Source: Bacilli bacterium
GTDB lineage: Bacteria > Bacillota_I > Bacilli_A > RFN20 > DUOF01
Direction: 5' to 3'
Assembly (NCBI GenBank): GCA_045128835.1
Contig: JBGVRX010000026.1
Span: 16,512 to 80,511 of the forward strand
DNA length: 64,000 nt
The notes under the pieces are model-generated. The model had not been told where the DNA came from. It searched no databases and worked only from the letters and a program-made list of their open reading frames with translations. This document shows positions 55,005-64,000 of this stretch, one piece after another. The translations under genes and the position numbers were made by a program. Numbering within the stretch: the stretch's first letter is position 1; every line of letters begins with the position of its first letter.

Positions 55005-56729
55005 ATGAAATTGTTTGACAAAATAAAGGTTAATCAAGCGTATGCTGCCTCAAAACGAAAAAAGATAGGTATTGAAAAATATATGTTGCAAAATCTTATC
55101 GTTCATGACGATAAATTCATATCTGAAAAAGGACGTATTACCCGTCAAGCAGAACTAACTCTACTTGGAGATATAAAAAAGGCCAAAAACAGTACTGATT
55201 TAGCACACAGAATAGTAGCAAACAAAGATAACTACGCTACTGCATATAAAAATACAAGAATGGATATCATAATGTATCCTGTACTACATAGATTTGATGC
55301 ACCTATGTCATATAAATTTGTTCCTACGTCTATTGCTAATATAGCTTTAGACCATCGTTACAGCAAAGATGATTTAGATACAATAGAAAGCAAATACTCT
55401 GCTGCTTTAGTAGACTACATCTCTAGTCACAACACTATAAAAAATTATTTATATCCTTCTTCTAATAAAGATATCGCAGACTTTACTAAACCATTTGACC
55501 AAGTTATGTTGCACGGCATCTTTGATGAAGTAAGAGGAGCAAAATCCCAAAACGAAAATTATTCAATAATAACTACAGGACAAACATTTACTTATGAAGT
55601 TCTTGTTCCTTTTATGACTTTGTACTCACCAGAGGATTTAGAAAAAAGAAGAGATTTAATTGAGTTTGAAATAAAAAGCGGATATTTTGAAAAATATTAT
55701 AAAAACTTAGAAAAAGGAATTCCTTTACCTTCTCTTGAAGAAAGAGAAAAAGTTTTAAATACTGAAAAGAATTTAACTCCTTCTCAAATAAAATTATTTA
55801 ATGAAGCTCACATACTTCAAAACAAAATAAGTTTATTAAAAAATGAAAAAGCAAAAGAAACATTACTAGGAGTATTAGAAACATCAATAAAAAGCAAAGA
55901 CTATGCGAAACTTGAAAAAGTTCACGAATACTATCAAAAAACATATAAAGAAGAAATAGTAAGAGCCCTTTATTCTCCAAAAGAACAAGGATTAACAGTT
56001 CTTGAAGACTACGATGATTTAAAAACTATTATGATTCACTCATTCTTTAGAAATCCTGAATCAATACTAGAAAGATATGAAAAACAATTGCGTACAGAAA
56101 TAACATCTGCTAGAAAAACAGATAAAGATAACCCAAACCTTTCTCCATTAGAGCAAAAAATATTTGATGGAAAAATGAAGAAAGCTAGAGAGCAACTAGT
56201 AAACCAAGTAGTGACAGATAAAACATTCAATTTAGATTCTATATACTCAGATGCTAGCAATATCCATCAATACAAATCTAATACAAGCAACCAATTATCC
56301 GTTTCAGTAGTATCCCCTGAATACATATTAAGATGTGGATCTTCTATAGGAATTGGATTTGATCAAAAAGGAGTTGCTTCAGAAAACATTCTAGTATCTT
56401 CTCCAATTTATTTGACTACTAATAAAGGAGTAAATAATATCGAATTACCAGGTAGTAAGTTAGAATTCGCTTCTGCTACTTTAAGCGAAATGGAACAAGC
56501 ATCTACTAACGAAATTGTTCTAGCAAGAAATGGCGAAAACTTCTCTACTAAACCTTCATACATATTCGTATCTATCGCAGGTAAATCTCCTGAAAAAGAT
56601 AAAGAATTATTAGAAAGAGGTAAAAAACTTGCTAAAGAAAACAATTTACCTTTAGTAATTATCAATATTCCTAAACTAGTTCAATCATATAACGAAAAAC
56701 AAGAACAAGATAAAAAACTTGCAAGATAA
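55005..56729 (+). CDS. hypothetical protein (574 aa)
   Basis: GGGAGG SD before the ATG at 55005; the track start is TTG. No motif recognised. Bidirectional terminator downstream. Confidence 0.55.
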   Translation: MKLFDKIKVNQAYAASKRKKIGIEKYMLQNLIVHDDKFISEKGRITRQAELTLLGDIKKAKNSTDLAHRIVANKDNYATAYKNTRMDIIMYPVLHRFDAPMSYKFVPTSIANIALDHRYSKDDLDTIESKYSAALVDYISSHNTIKNYLYPSSNKDIADFTKPFDQVMLHGIFDEVRGAKSQNENYSIITTGQTFTYEVLVPFMTLYSPEDLEKRRDLIEFEIKSGYFEKYYKNLEKGIPLPSLEEREKVLNTEKNLTPSQIKLFNEAHILQNKISLLKNEKAKETLLGVLETSIKSKDYAKLEKVHEYYQKTYKEEIVRALYSPKEQGLTVLEDYDDLKTIMIHSFFRNPESILERYEKQLRTEITSARKTDKDNPNLSPLEQKIFDGKMKKAREQLVNQVVTDKTFNLDSIYSDASNIHQYKSNTSNQLSVSVVSPEYILRCGSSIGIGFDQKGVASENILVSSPIYLTTNKGVNNIELPGSKLEFASATLSEMEQASTNEIVLARNGENFSTKPSYIFVSIAGKSPEKDKELLERGKKLAKENNLPLVIINIPKLVQSYNEKQEQDKKLAR

Positions 56730-56754
56730 AAAGAGGATTACTCCTCTTTTTTTT
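56728..56754. terminator. bidirectional terminator (55005..56729 and sepF)
   Basis: AAGAGGA-ttac-TCCTCTT flanked by an A-run and a T-run. Confidence 0.7.
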
Positions 56755-57103
56755 CTTTACTATTTATACTAAATTCAAATGTGGTTTTATTTATTCTTTT
56801 CATATCTCCATTTAAGGCATACATAACTCCTCCAAGAAAATCAATCATTCTAAGAGCCTCTGTCCTATCTAATAAAGAGATATCTAACACTACTATATGA
56901 CCATTCTTTAAGGTGTCAGCAATTTCTTGAGTATTTACAAATGATTCAGGTTTATAACTAACTTGCTCCTTGTCATCTGATACAAGTTTATTAGCCATTC
57001 TATTTTCTTTTTTAGCCTTATTAGGATCTTGATAATATAGGATTTCCTCTTCTTCAGGAAACAATTTATTTTTTATCTTATTAATAAACTTCATCATAAA
57101 CAC
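56738..57103 (-). CDS. sepF: cell division protein SepF
   Basis: The C-terminal domain IADTLKNGHIVVLDISLLDRTEALRMIDFLGGVMYALNGDMKRI matches the SepF/YlmF core. Confidence 0.8.
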   Translation of the reverse strand: MFMMKFINKIKNKLFPEEEEILYYQDPNKAKKENRMANKLVSDDKEQVSYKPESFVNTQEIADTLKNGHIVVLDISLLDRTEALRMIDFLGGVMYALNGDMKRINKTTFEFSINSKEKKEE

Positions 57104-57133
57104 CCCTTCAATCCTTATTATACATAATTATAA

Positions 57134-57385
57134 TTAATTATCAATTATATTAACTAAAATAACATCCTTTCCAATAGATACAATATTATTCCATGATACA
57201 TATAATTTACCATTTAAAGAAAAGAAAGATTTTACAAGATTAAAACTGAACTTCTTTACAATTAAAGTTTCTATATTACCATTAGGAAAAGAAACAATTA
57301 CATCTTTTATATAACCCAATAAATTACCATTATAAATATTAATCACTCTTTTCTTTTTTAATTGGGTTAATTTCACCTTAATCAC
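57134..57385 (-). CDS. ylmC: YlmC/YmxH-family sporulation protein (PRC barrel)
   Basis: 83 aa. L..K.VINI..G..LG...D........I..LIV and WNNIVSIGKDVILV. Confidence 0.7.
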   Translation of the reverse strand: MIKVKLTQLKKKRVINIYNGNLLGYIKDVIVSFPNGNIETLIVKKFSFNLVKSFFSLNGKLYVSWNNIVSIGKDVILVNIIDN

Positions 57386-57406
57386 CTTTTTAAATTATAT
57401 GAATAA

Positions 57407-58198
57407 TTAATAAAAAAATGATTTTAAAGAATCAATCGCACTCTTCTCTATCCTTGATACTTGTGCTTGGGATATATTAAATTCATTAGCTATTTCAAAT
57501 TGTGTTTTACCTAAATAATATCTATCCCTAATAATATCTTTTTGTGCCTTATTTAAAGTAGATAAAGCTTGTTTTAATGTAATATAATTTATCGCTTTTT
57601 CATTACTTTGAGACTCATCACTTAATTGGTCAATTATAAAAATGCTTTCGTCTCCTTCTCCATAGACCGTATCGTATAAAGAAACAACACTTTGAGTAGA
57701 GTTTAATGCTTCTTGAATATCACTTACTTCTACATTTAAGATTTCAGCTAATTCAGACTCTGTAGGTTCTTTATTATTTAATTCAACATATTCTTCCTTT
57801 GCCTTTAGTGTTTTATACGCTAAATCTTTAATTTGGCGTGATATTCTAACTGGAGTATTATCTCTTAAATATCTTTTTATTTCTCCAATTATCATAGGCA
57901 CTGCATAAGTAGAAAACTTCAAATTAAAATTCATATCAAAATTATTTATTGCTTTAATAAGACCAATACAACCTATTTGAAACAAGTCATCTTGATTATC
58001 ACATCTATTATTAAAATTCTTAATCACAGATAATATTAACTTCATATTACCCATAATTATTTTTTCTAAAACCAAATCACTATTACTTAATCTATATTCC
58101 TTTAATAATTCTACGGTTTCTTCATTTTTTAATACCTTTAAATTTGTTGTTTTTAATCCTGTTATGTCTACTTTATGTTTAGCCACCATATCTCCCAC
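57407..58198 (-). CDS. sigG: sporulation sigma factor SigG
   Basis: Near-collinear with B. subtilis SigG: LKNEE, GNMKLILSVIKNFNNR, FSTYAVPMIIGEIKRYLRDN, ISQAQVSRIEK. Confidence 0.88.
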   Translation of the reverse strand: MGDMVAKHKVDITGLKTTNLKVLKNEETVELLKEYRLSNSDLVLEKIIMGNMKLILSVIKNFNNRCDNQDDLFQIGCIGLIKAINNFDMNFNLKFSTYAVPMIIGEIKRYLRDNTPVRISRQIKDLAYKTLKAKEEYVELNNKEPTESELAEILNVEVSDIQEALNSTQSVVSLYDTVYGEGDESIFIIDQLSDESQSNEKAINYITLKQALSTLNKAQKDIIRDRYYLGKTQFEIANEFNISQAQVSRIEKSAIDSLKSFFY

Positions 58199-58226
58199 TT
58201 TCTAGTAAGAGTATGCCCAAACAAAT

Positions 58227-58922
58227 TTATTTTATAAGTTTATTATGAAGTTTTTTTATAATCCTTTTCTCTAATCTAGAAATATATGATTGAGATATAC
58301 CTAAAGTATCTGCGACATCTTTTTGAGTCATTTCTTCATAATCATATAAACCAAACCTCATTTTTAAAATAGTCTTTTCTCGAGGTTTTAACTCCTCAAT
58401 TGCCTTATATAACGCTTCTTTCTTTTCTTCTATTATCATATTTTCATTTATCTCATTAGGATCACTTCCTAGTACATCTCCTAGTAACAATTCATTACCA
58501 TCACTATCCATTTTTAAAGGTTCATCTAAAGATACTTCAACTTTCATTTTAGATTTCTTTCTTAAAAACATTAAAATTTCATTCTCAATACATCTAGATG
58601 CATATGTAGCAAGTTTTATATTCTTATCACTTTTAAAAGTAGATATAGCCTTTATAAGCCCTAATGTTCCAATGCTAATTAAGTCTTCTAAATTAAAAGA
58701 ATTAGTTTCAAATCTTTTTGCTACATAAACTACTAGCCTTAAATTATGCTCAATTAGTTTATTTCTAGAAGCTATATCTCCATTATTACTCTTCTCCAAA
58801 AGAATCAATTCCTCTTCCTTATCTAAAGGAGGAAGTAATGTTTCACTACCATTTATATAATATACTTCTCCATCAACAAAGAAACGCCTAATTACATTTT
58901 TAATCTTTTCTAGCACACTCAT
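58227..58922 (-). CDS. sigE: sporulation sigma factor SigE (pro-sigma-E)
   Basis: [61 protein letters not shown]. Located downstream of spoIIGA. Confidence 0.9.
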   Translation of the reverse strand: MSVLEKIKNVIRRFFVDGEVYYINGSETLLPPLDKEEELILLEKSNNGDIASRNKLIEHNLRLVVYVAKRFETNSFNLEDLISIGTLGLIKAISTFKSDKNIKLATYASRCIENEILMFLRKKSKMKVEVSLDEPLKMDSDGNELLLGDVLGSDPNEINENMIIEEKKEALYKAIEELKPREKTILKMRFGLYDYEEMTQKDVADTLGISQSYISRLEKRIIKKLHNKLIK

Positions 58923-58932
58923 TTTCTCTCTC

Positions 58933-59667
58933 CTATCCTAATAAATATACATTTAACAAACACTTACACCCATTAAAACTTCGCTTCTTTACATAGGCAA
59001 AATACACTTCTTTTTCTTTATCTTCAAAGTATATTTTACCTTTTAAATAATCACTACACTCTTTGCCTATACCTTCAACTAAAATCCTTTCATAACTTAC
59101 GTTTTTATCCTTTAATTCTTCCGTTAAAAACACTACTGGCAAATCTTTAAACTTCATTGTATTACCACTATCGAAATAAGCACTTGTATTGTAAATCTTA
59201 TTATGAATATCTAGCCTAACGTTATAACGATACTTCCTTAAAAACATTAATGATTTGATGCTTCTAGTTATAATATTAATAATCAAAGATATAAGTGGAC
59301 ACATTAAAATATAAATAACACCTTTAGGGTTATAAATCATAAGTATGCCTTTATAAAGATATATATCGTTTGTAAAAATTCTAATTATTGCAATCTGAGA
59401 ATAATAAGAAAAAACAAAAGAAAATAAAACAAAGAAAAAATTGTTTTTAAAAAACAAATAAAACATTATTAAATAATAAATTATATTAAAATAAATAGCT
59501 TTTTTAGCGAAAAGCAAAACATTGAAATATAAAAAAAGACTAGTAATTTCTAAAACAATTAAATGTTTTCTTTTTATTTTAGTACTAGATAACATATTAC
59601 TAAGATTAACACTAGATATATACAATAACAAATGAAATATATAAGATAAATCAATATATGCTTCCAT
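58933..59667 (-). CDS. spoIIGA: sigma-E processing peptidase SpoIIGA
   Basis: Five N-terminal TM helices, the DSGN aspartic-protease motif (YFDSGNT), position upstream of sigE. AGGTGA SD before the ATG at 59667. Confidence 0.75.
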   Translation of the reverse strand: MEAYIDLSYIFHLLLYISSVNLSNMLSSTKIKRKHLIVLEITSLFLYFNVLLFAKKAIYFNIIYYLIMFYLFFKNNFFFVLFSFVFSYYSQIAIIRIFTNDIYLYKGILMIYNPKGVIYILMCPLISLIINIITRSIKSLMFLRKYRYNVRLDIHNKIYNTSAYFDSGNTMKFKDLPVVFLTEELKDKNVSYERILVEGIGKECSDYLKGKIYFEDKEKEVYFAYVKKRSFNGCKCLLNVYLLG

Positions 59668-59711
59668 CTCAATCACCTGTTAGAATTGTATAATATCTGA
59701 CACAAATAAAA

Positions 59712-59718
59712 TGTCGTA
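59712..59718 (+). promoter_or_regulatory. 0A-box-like site (TGTCGTA) upstream of spoIIGA
   Basis: 6/7 match to TGTCGAA. The B. subtilis spoIIG promoter is Spo0A-activated through such boxes. A TACAAT -10 lies about 25 nt closer to the gene on the - strand. Confidence 0.3.
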
Positions 59719-59730
59719 TTTTGAAATTAG

Positions 59731-59758
59731 TAAAAAAAAGAACATATTGCTATGTTCT
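59731..59758 (-). terminator. terminator after ftsZ
   Basis: On the - strand, AGAACAT-agcaat-ATGTTCT followed by T8. Confidence 0.7.
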
Positions 59759-59764
59759 CATATT

Positions 59765-60880
59765 TTACTTTAAGAAATCTGGAATAAGATCGTCTTTATA
59801 ATTATCTCTTTCTTCAGTTGTATCTTCTTTAACATCATCTATTTGAAGAGTAGTTTGTTGATACTCTACTGTAGCAGTAGGTCTTTTATATGTAGTAGTT
59901 TCGTTTCTTACGATACTTGCTTCATCAAAGTCAGTAGCAATAACAGAAACTCTAATTTCATCACCTAACTCTTTAATGATTGATGCTCCAAAGATAATAT
60001 TAATATCATTGCCTGATGCTTCTCTAATAATTTCAGTTACATCATTAATATCATATAGAGTAACATCTCCTCCAGTTATATTAACGATTGCTTGTCTAGC
60101 ACCTTGGAATGATGCTTCAAGTAATGGAGAAGAAATTGCTTTGTTTGTAGCTTCTGAAACTCTATTAGAGCCACTTGCACCTCCAAATCCAATCATTGCT
60201 ACACCTTTGTTATACATAACTGTTCTAACATCAGCAAAGTCTCTATTTATTAATCCTGTTGTGCTAATTAAATCAGTGATAGTTCTAACACTTTGCCCTA
60301 AGATATCATCTGCTAATTCAAATGACTTATCAAAAGGAATAGAACCATTCATTTGCAATAATCTATCATTAGAAATAATAATCAAAGAATCTACATTTTC
60401 TTTTAATGCTTGAATTCCTTCACTAGCTTGTAAACTTCTGCTTTTTCCTTCAAAACTAAATGGACGAGTAACAACACCAATTGTTAATGCACCTAATTCT
60501 TTAGCAATTTTAGCAAATACTGGAGCAGCACCTGTACCAGTACCTCCGCCCATTCCAGCAGCGATAAATACCATATCAGCACCTTCCAATGCTTCTTTAA
60601 TTTTATCTTCACTTTCTAAAGCTGCTTCTCTTCCAACTTCTGGATTAGCACCAGCCCCTAAACCTTTAGTAATAGTTTCTCCTAAAATAATACGATTGTT
60701 TGATTTAGATTTTGATAGCATTTGAACATCTGTATTAGCAACCCAGAATTCTACTCCTGAAATTCCTACTTCTAACATATGATCTACTGCATTATTTCCA
60801 GCACCACCAACACCAACTACTTTTATAGTGCACAAATTTTGATATGTATCTAAATCCGCGAACTTACTATCTACGCTCAT
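59765..60880 (-). CDS. ftsZ: cell division protein FtsZ
   Basis: GVGGAGNNAV and the tubulin signature GGGTGTGAAP. Confidence 0.97.
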   Translation of the reverse strand: MSVDSKFADLDTYQNLCTIKVVGVGGAGNNAVDHMLEVGISGVEFWVANTDVQMLSKSKSNNRIILGETITKGLGAGANPEVGREAALESEDKIKEALEGADMVFIAAGMGGGTGTGAAPVFAKIAKELGALTIGVVTRPFSFEGKSRSLQASEGIQALKENVDSLIIISNDRLLQMNGSIPFDKSFELADDILGQSVRTITDLISTTGLINRDFADVRTVMYNKGVAMIGFGGASGSNRVSEATNKAISSPLLEASFQGARQAIVNITGGDVTLYDINDVTEIIREASGNDINIIFGASIIKELGDEIRVSVIATDFDEASIVRNETTTYKRPTATVEYQQTTLQIDDVKEDTTEERDNYKDDLIPDFLK

Positions 60881-60891
60881 TTAAACTCCTC

Positions 60892-62112
60892 CTAATCTAA
60901 TTCTTCTTCATCCAAAATAAATCTATCAAATTTAGACTTACTTCCCTTCGTTACAATTATATCACTATAGCTCTCGTTTTGTAAATTTATATACTTGTTT
61001 TGACTTATTTTTTTATAATTTAACTTAATTAAACCTATTGTTTCACAATATCCAGTATTGTATAAACCTAAATAGTTAGAAACAAATGTTGTTGAATTAG
61101 AACCATATAATGAGTTAATCATAGAATCAACACCCTTAATATTCGCTCCATATCCTGTAACATATACATCTAAACCAGTAGAATCAGTAATAGCGTTAAC
61201 TTTACTAAATACTTTCCCTAAGATTTCTTTCATATTAGAAACAATAATTTCATTTATTTGCTTCTCACTTATATATCTTCCATCTTTATTCTTACATACA
61301 CTCAAATAAGCATTATCTGATAATCTACATGCTCCAATATTGTATATAGCGTTCTTCATATCAGTAGTATCTTTAACATTTAATTTCTCCTCAACTGCTT
61401 TTTCTATTTGAAGAGTTCCTTGAGGGATAGAAATTCTATGTTGTAATTTACCTTTCTTATACATTAATAAATTAGTAGAATGTCTATCAATATTTAAAAT
61501 ACAAGCACTTATATCATCTTCTTCAAAAATACCAGCATATAAGCAATCAACATCCATATAATACTTGCTAACCTTTAAATCACAACTAGCAATAACATTT
61601 AAATAACTTTCATGAACCTCTTTAGGTAACATGTAAACTTTAAATAATGTTTTGAACGTTGTAGATTTATATCTAATTGGAGGTTGATCCATCTTTTGAT
61701 TATCATCCAATTGATACTCTAAAGGACAAATATTAATTATAACTTCATTCTCTTGATGTCTAATCTTACTTGCTATTTTATAAGCTTCATTAATATCGTA
61801 TTGACCAATTAAATAGTTATTTCCAGTAACAGGAGTTGTTGTAGCAAAATCATTAATAATTAAATGATTTGAAGGCATACATAAAATAAATTCCTCTACA
61901 ATAATTTCTCTTTTCTTATAAATTGAATCTACTAAATCTAAAATAGTTTTCTTAACTTCTTCCGGATTAATTATATTAGAAGCCTCAAGTCCTTTACTAT
62001 GACATTTAAAAGTATCAAAGATATAAAACTTTTCGTTATAATACACCCCAATACACATTCTAACAATGTCATCAAGAAACTCAATTGTAGTAAAAATTTG
62101 ATTTCTATTCAT
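60892..62112 (-). CDS. ftsA: cell division protein FtsA
   Basis: Actin-like ATPase fold, position immediately upstream of ftsZ, typical length. Confidence 0.85.
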   Translation of the reverse strand: MNRNQIFTTIEFLDDIVRMCIGVYYNEKFYIFDTFKCHSKGLEASNIINPEEVKKTILDLVDSIYKKREIIVEEFILCMPSNHLIINDFATTTPVTGNNYLIGQYDINEAYKIASKIRHQENEVIINICPLEYQLDDNQKMDQPPIRYKSTTFKTLFKVYMLPKEVHESYLNVIASCDLKVSKYYMDVDCLYAGIFEEDDISACILNIDRHSTNLLMYKKGKLQHRISIPQGTLQIEKAVEEKLNVKDTTDMKNAIYNIGACRLSDNAYLSVCKNKDGRYISEKQINEIIVSNMKEILGKVFSKVNAITDSTGLDVYVTGYGANIKGVDSMINSLYGSNSTTFVSNYLGLYNTGYCETIGLIKLNYKKISQNKYINLQNESYSDIIVTKGSKSKFDRFILDEEELD

Positions 62113-62114
62113 AC

Positions 62115-62918
62115 CTATTCCTCCCCAAAACTAACTACAAGGTGAAATTCTTTTTCGTCTAAATAATTATAGGCGATTAAAGCAGGTTCATCTTCTTCAT
62201 ATTTTACATTATTTTTGCTTATTTCTTCTATAATTTCATTATATTTATTTTCATTGAACTTCGTATTCAAGAATACTAAATCAGTTTGAATAACAAAGTA
62301 ACCAATATTAGAATCATAACCATATAAATTAACATAAGCATAATCACTACTATATCTAACAACTTCTACTTTAGTAAAATGATTTCTTACATCCAATCTT
62401 ACATCTCTATACTTATTAATCAAATAATCAATGTCACTATCACCGACATCATCAAAACTTGCCAATGTAGTAATCTTTTCATTTAATTCATATTCGGATC
62501 TTTCAATATATGTTTTATTGTTCATAACTAACTTATCATCTTTAATAGCTATTGGATATATCTCATTAATATTAATTTTTACTCCTAGTATTGATTTAGT
62601 TATACTAACACTATCAATAAAAGCATATGACTCTAAAACTTTATCTGCCTTTTTAGTATCTACTAACCACCAGTGATTATTCTTCTTTAAGTTTGCCATA
62701 GTCATAAGTTCTTCTTTAGTATAGTAAACATTTCCCTCTACTCTCAAATTAATTTTAGATAAAGGTGAAAATAGATAAGCAAAGAATAATGCCCATATAA
62801 CAACTATTACAATAATTCTCTTTTTTCTTCTTTTTCTGCATTTTAAATGATAATTTGCTCTTTCAAGGTCGATAGAAAAAGTTTTAGTATATGTTTCAGT
62901 ATTACTGCCCATGTCCAA
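62115..62918 (-). CDS. divIB: cell division protein DivIB/FtsQ
   Basis: Basic N-terminus, a single TM helix, POTRA-like region (I.V.GN.Y....E). Synteny murB-divIB-ftsA. Confidence 0.75.
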   Translation of the reverse strand: MDMGSNTETYTKTFSIDLERANYHLKCRKRRKKRIIVIVVIWALFFAYLFSPLSKINLRVEGNVYYTKEELMTMANLKKNNHWWLVDTKKADKVLESYAFIDSVSITKSILGVKININEIYPIAIKDDKLVMNNKTYIERSEYELNEKITTLASFDDVGDSDIDYLINKYRDVRLDVRNHFTKVEVVRYSSDYAYVNLYGYDSNIGYFVIQTDLVFLNTKFNENKYNEIIEEISKNNVKYEEDEPALIAYNYLDEKEFHLVVSFGEE

Positions 62919-63007
62919 AACCTCCCATCATTACATATTTAGAATACTCTTTTTTAGAGTATTTTTCAATTTATCTAAGAGTATATTTTTTTACAAAACC
63001 TTACTTT

Positions 63008-63892
63008 TTAATCAATTACAATTACTTCTTCCTTTAAATCTATATTAAACCTCGTTTTAACCTCCCTCTTAACAAGATTTATAAGATAAATAACATCATC
63101 AAAACTAGCGTTTTCTTCATTCACAATAAAATTACAATGCTTGCAACTTATACTCGCTCCATTTCTTTTAACGCCTCTTAAATAAGCCTTATCAATTAAC
63201 TCCCAAGCTTTATAATCAATATCATTTTTAAATATGGAACCACTATTAGCAATATCTATAGGATGACTCTCTTTTCTCTTCTTAGAACAGTCTTTTATAA
63301 CACTTTTTAGTTTCTCTGAATCATATTTAATAAGTTTAACCTTGCACCCTAAAATTATAAATTTATTATCTTTAAAAATACTATCCCGATATAAAAACTT
63401 ACAATCTTCTTTTCTTATTACTTTGAAATCATAATTCTCATCTAAATAATATACAAACTCAATAATATCACTAAAAAAATGATTATAAGCACCAGCATTC
63501 ATAAGTATTGCCCCTCCTACACTTCCAGGAATATTACCTATGTATTCTAGCCCTTTATAACCATTATTCGCAAACTCATAAGCCTTCATCATCAATAATT
63601 CATTAGAGTTTATAACCCTCAAATCTTTTGCTTTTTTAAAATCAGGTTTAATTAAACACTCCTTTTCTTTACTTGTAAAAAGAATATTAGATCCATTACC
63701 AATAACATAATAATGAATCTTATATTTATCAATAACTTTCATTACTTTCTTTAATTCAATATATGAAGTTGGGCATATCATATATTTACTAAATCCATCT
63801 AACTTCATTGTGTTGTAATTCTTTAAAGATACATCCTTAAGTAATATATCTTTATTTATATCTAAAATCTCTTTTTCAAAATCATTTATCAT
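63008..63892 (-). CDS. murB: UDP-N-acetylenolpyruvoylglucosamine reductase MurB
   Basis: FAD-binding GNGSNILF, GSVGGAI.MNAGAY, C-terminal SGS.FKN motif. Confidence 0.88.
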   Translation of the reverse strand: MINDFEKEILDINKDILLKDVSLKNYNTMKLDGFSKYMICPTSYIELKKVMKVIDKYKIHYYVIGNGSNILFTSKEKECLIKPDFKKAKDLRVINSNELLMMKAYEFANNGYKGLEYIGNIPGSVGGAILMNAGAYNHFFSDIIEFVYYLDENYDFKVIRKEDCKFLYRDSIFKDNKFIILGCKVKLIKYDSEKLKSVIKDCSKKRKESHPIDIANSGSIFKNDIDYKAWELIDKAYLRGVKRNGASISCKHCNFIVNEENASFDDVIYLINLVKREVKTRFNIDLKEEVIVID

Positions 63893-64000
63893 GTTTAAGT
63901 TCCTTTATTATTTTATATATTTTGTTATTACTATCAAAGACTGCTAATTTAAGACTATTAAGACGAATATTTACTCTTGCTTCGTTATTATTTATTAAAT
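63885..64000 (-). CDS. 3' end of an upstream gene (possibly murG), partial
   Basis: The - strand frame is open to the window edge and ends ...KIIKELKHD-stop, overlapping the murB start. The murG call rests only on Bacillus synteny. Confidence 0.3.

Overview
Visibly AT-rich chromosomal segment from an endospore-forming Bacillota (Firmicute). No rRNA genes, CRISPR arrays, transposases or integrases were seen. Bases 1-16133 are almost entirely + strand housekeeping genes: rsmE, mtaB, deoC, rpsU, hflX, spo0A, dinB, xerD, deoB, metG. Bases 16621-64000 are almost entirely - strand: rsfS/nadD-yqeK/yhbY/yqeH/yqeG, addAB, spoIVB, recN, tlyA, relA, recJ, secDF, ruvAB, truB, hisS, then sepF, ylmC, sigG, sigE, spoIIGA, ftsZ, ftsA, divIB, murB; sigK and spoVB are on +. 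Two tRNAs are present, His-GTG and Leu-CAA. The main finding sits at the convergence point, about 15.7-18.2 kb. A 28-bp site there has the architecture of a Xer dif site, which would make this the replication terminus. About 2.4 kb away, an identical 11-nt XerD-type arm recurs inside a degenerate second site. The two sites bracket an integrase-less, plasmid-like module: an HTH Rep-like gene, an RHH gene, candidate structured and antisense RNAs, and a GC-rich hairpin. I read this as a candidate Xer-exploiting integrated element (IMEX). Other observations: (1) two paralogous promoter-to-terminator sRNA-like units upstream of ruvA, with a covarying hairpin and a 35-nt repeated module; (2) a long RSH (RelA/SpoT) protein whose hydrolase catalytic motifs all appear lost; (3) Spo0A with Glu-Pro in place of the Asp-Asp acidic pocket; (4) an AbiEi-like gene paired with a divergent Dps-like gene instead of an AbiEii toxin; (5) a hisS leader with a strong-SD uORF and no recognisable T-box, divergent from tRNA-His; (6) duplicated nadD, one copy fused to yqeK; (7) a cluster of orphan coiled-coil and lipoprotein genes between tRNA-His and sepF. 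All calls come from reading the sequence and recalling family motifs. No database search or folding program was run.
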